Positions 63,110 to 64,000 of a stretch of 64,000 nt of DNA are shown one piece after another; the first letter of the stretch is position 1, and each line of letters opens with the position of its first letter. The position numbers and the translations under genes are program-made. The notes below the pieces were generated by a model. That model was not told where the DNA came from. It ran no database searches and was given only the letters and a program-made list of their open reading frames with translations. The stretch is from Phoronis australis (lineage: Eukaryota > Animalia > Phoronida): positions 73,636 through 137,635 of the forward strand of contig NMRA01000664.1 of assembly GCA_002633005.1 (NCBI GenBank), in the 5' to 3' direction.

Positions 63110-63878
63110 CTAGAACGTCGCGAGATACAAAAAGATTCAATAAACACCGCAAAACATCTGAGGAAGGATACAAAAGGTATGATGTGATGTACAAAAAATT
63201 TAAACACAATCAAAAGAATTTTAAAACTCAATGTAGTTTATATGCTCACATCAATTCACCTCAGCAGAACTCTTACAAGATTGCTTGAAACAGACGTAAT
63301 GCAACTGTTATAGTAAATCACGTAAAGTTCTAAAAGTTAAGTGAGAAAAAACAATAGAGGATCCAGGATCTTGATAAAGAAGAGGCTCAATGTCGGATTA
63401 ACATAGGGGGTGCTTCAGATTCCTTCAGCACACAGCAAAAGTGACAGAGCAGCTGACATCTCTGAGTGCGGAATATTCCGCAAGGCAAAAATTGAACTTC
63501 TAATTAAGAAAATGCTAATTGAGGAAATAAAAATGTAACATTGTAAACATGTTTAGGGTAAGGTATAGATTTGTTACATACCATTTTTTATGGCCCTAAG
63601 TGGATATTAAAAAAGTGCGGAACCGTTCTGCACACTTTGAGACTAAATAATATTGTCTCATTTGAGAAAATATTGCCTTAGTAGTAAGCTATATTTACTC
63701 AGAATAAACATCTATTCAATACTGTTCTCCCGTAGGGTTCCTGCACCCCTCTGAATCTGCCCCTGTATGATTGTCCATACTTGAAACTGTCAGTGCACCA
63801 GATCAATACTGGTAAACATAACATCATTAAAGCCAGAAGGCAGAAGATAATCGAGGACGGCAATAATACAGGAAATGT

Positions 63879-63926
63879 GTAGCCATGGACACCGGTAGCC
63901 ATGGACACCAGTAGCCATGGACACCG
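63879..63926 (+). repeat. 16-bp tandem repeat x3 (GTAGCCATGGACACCR)
   Basis: Directly visible. Confidence 0.9.
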
Positions 63927-64000
63927 GTTGGTAGAAAAACAAGAAAGGCACGTATGGGTTTCAGAACGATGACTCAGGTGGCAGTCAGCAGAGGATAGAG

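Noticed and set aside
63736-63811. Plus-strand exon-like segment (cccgtag| ... |gtaaac)
   Set aside because: Overlaps the end of a MITE-like repeat (gaatctgcccctg) and has no partner exons.

Overview
AT-rich, intron-rich animal genomic DNA (invertebrate; taxon not determinable from sequence alone). The supplied ORF track is mostly noise. I reconstructed two convergent spliced genes by hand from GT-AG sites and codon phase. (1) On +, a gene whose recovered exons (7754-25261) consist almost entirely of nine ShK/ShKT six-cysteine domains; its 5' end is unresolved and possibly damaged. (2) On -, 13 phase-compatible exons (63109 down to 26922) encoding a long basic/Ser-rich region followed by a SYCP2/SYCP3-type coiled coil, most likely SYCP2; its 5' part lies beyond the window and its last exons were not found. 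The introns are packed with transposon relics: THAP/Kolobok-type elements with TTAA target sites (one 4.5-kb nested composite), a spliced SWIM-YqaJ pseudogene, Tx1/L1-like LINE fragments, Harbinger- and MULE-like MITEs, CAGGG elements with 6-bp target duplications and a 5S-rRNA-derived relic. About nine co-oriented copies or fragments of a Helentron/HINE-like element are also present; most of their ~143-bp internal monomers carry a CTCF-like motif. There is one 818-nt assembly gap. All homology calls come from recalled family motifs, not database searches.
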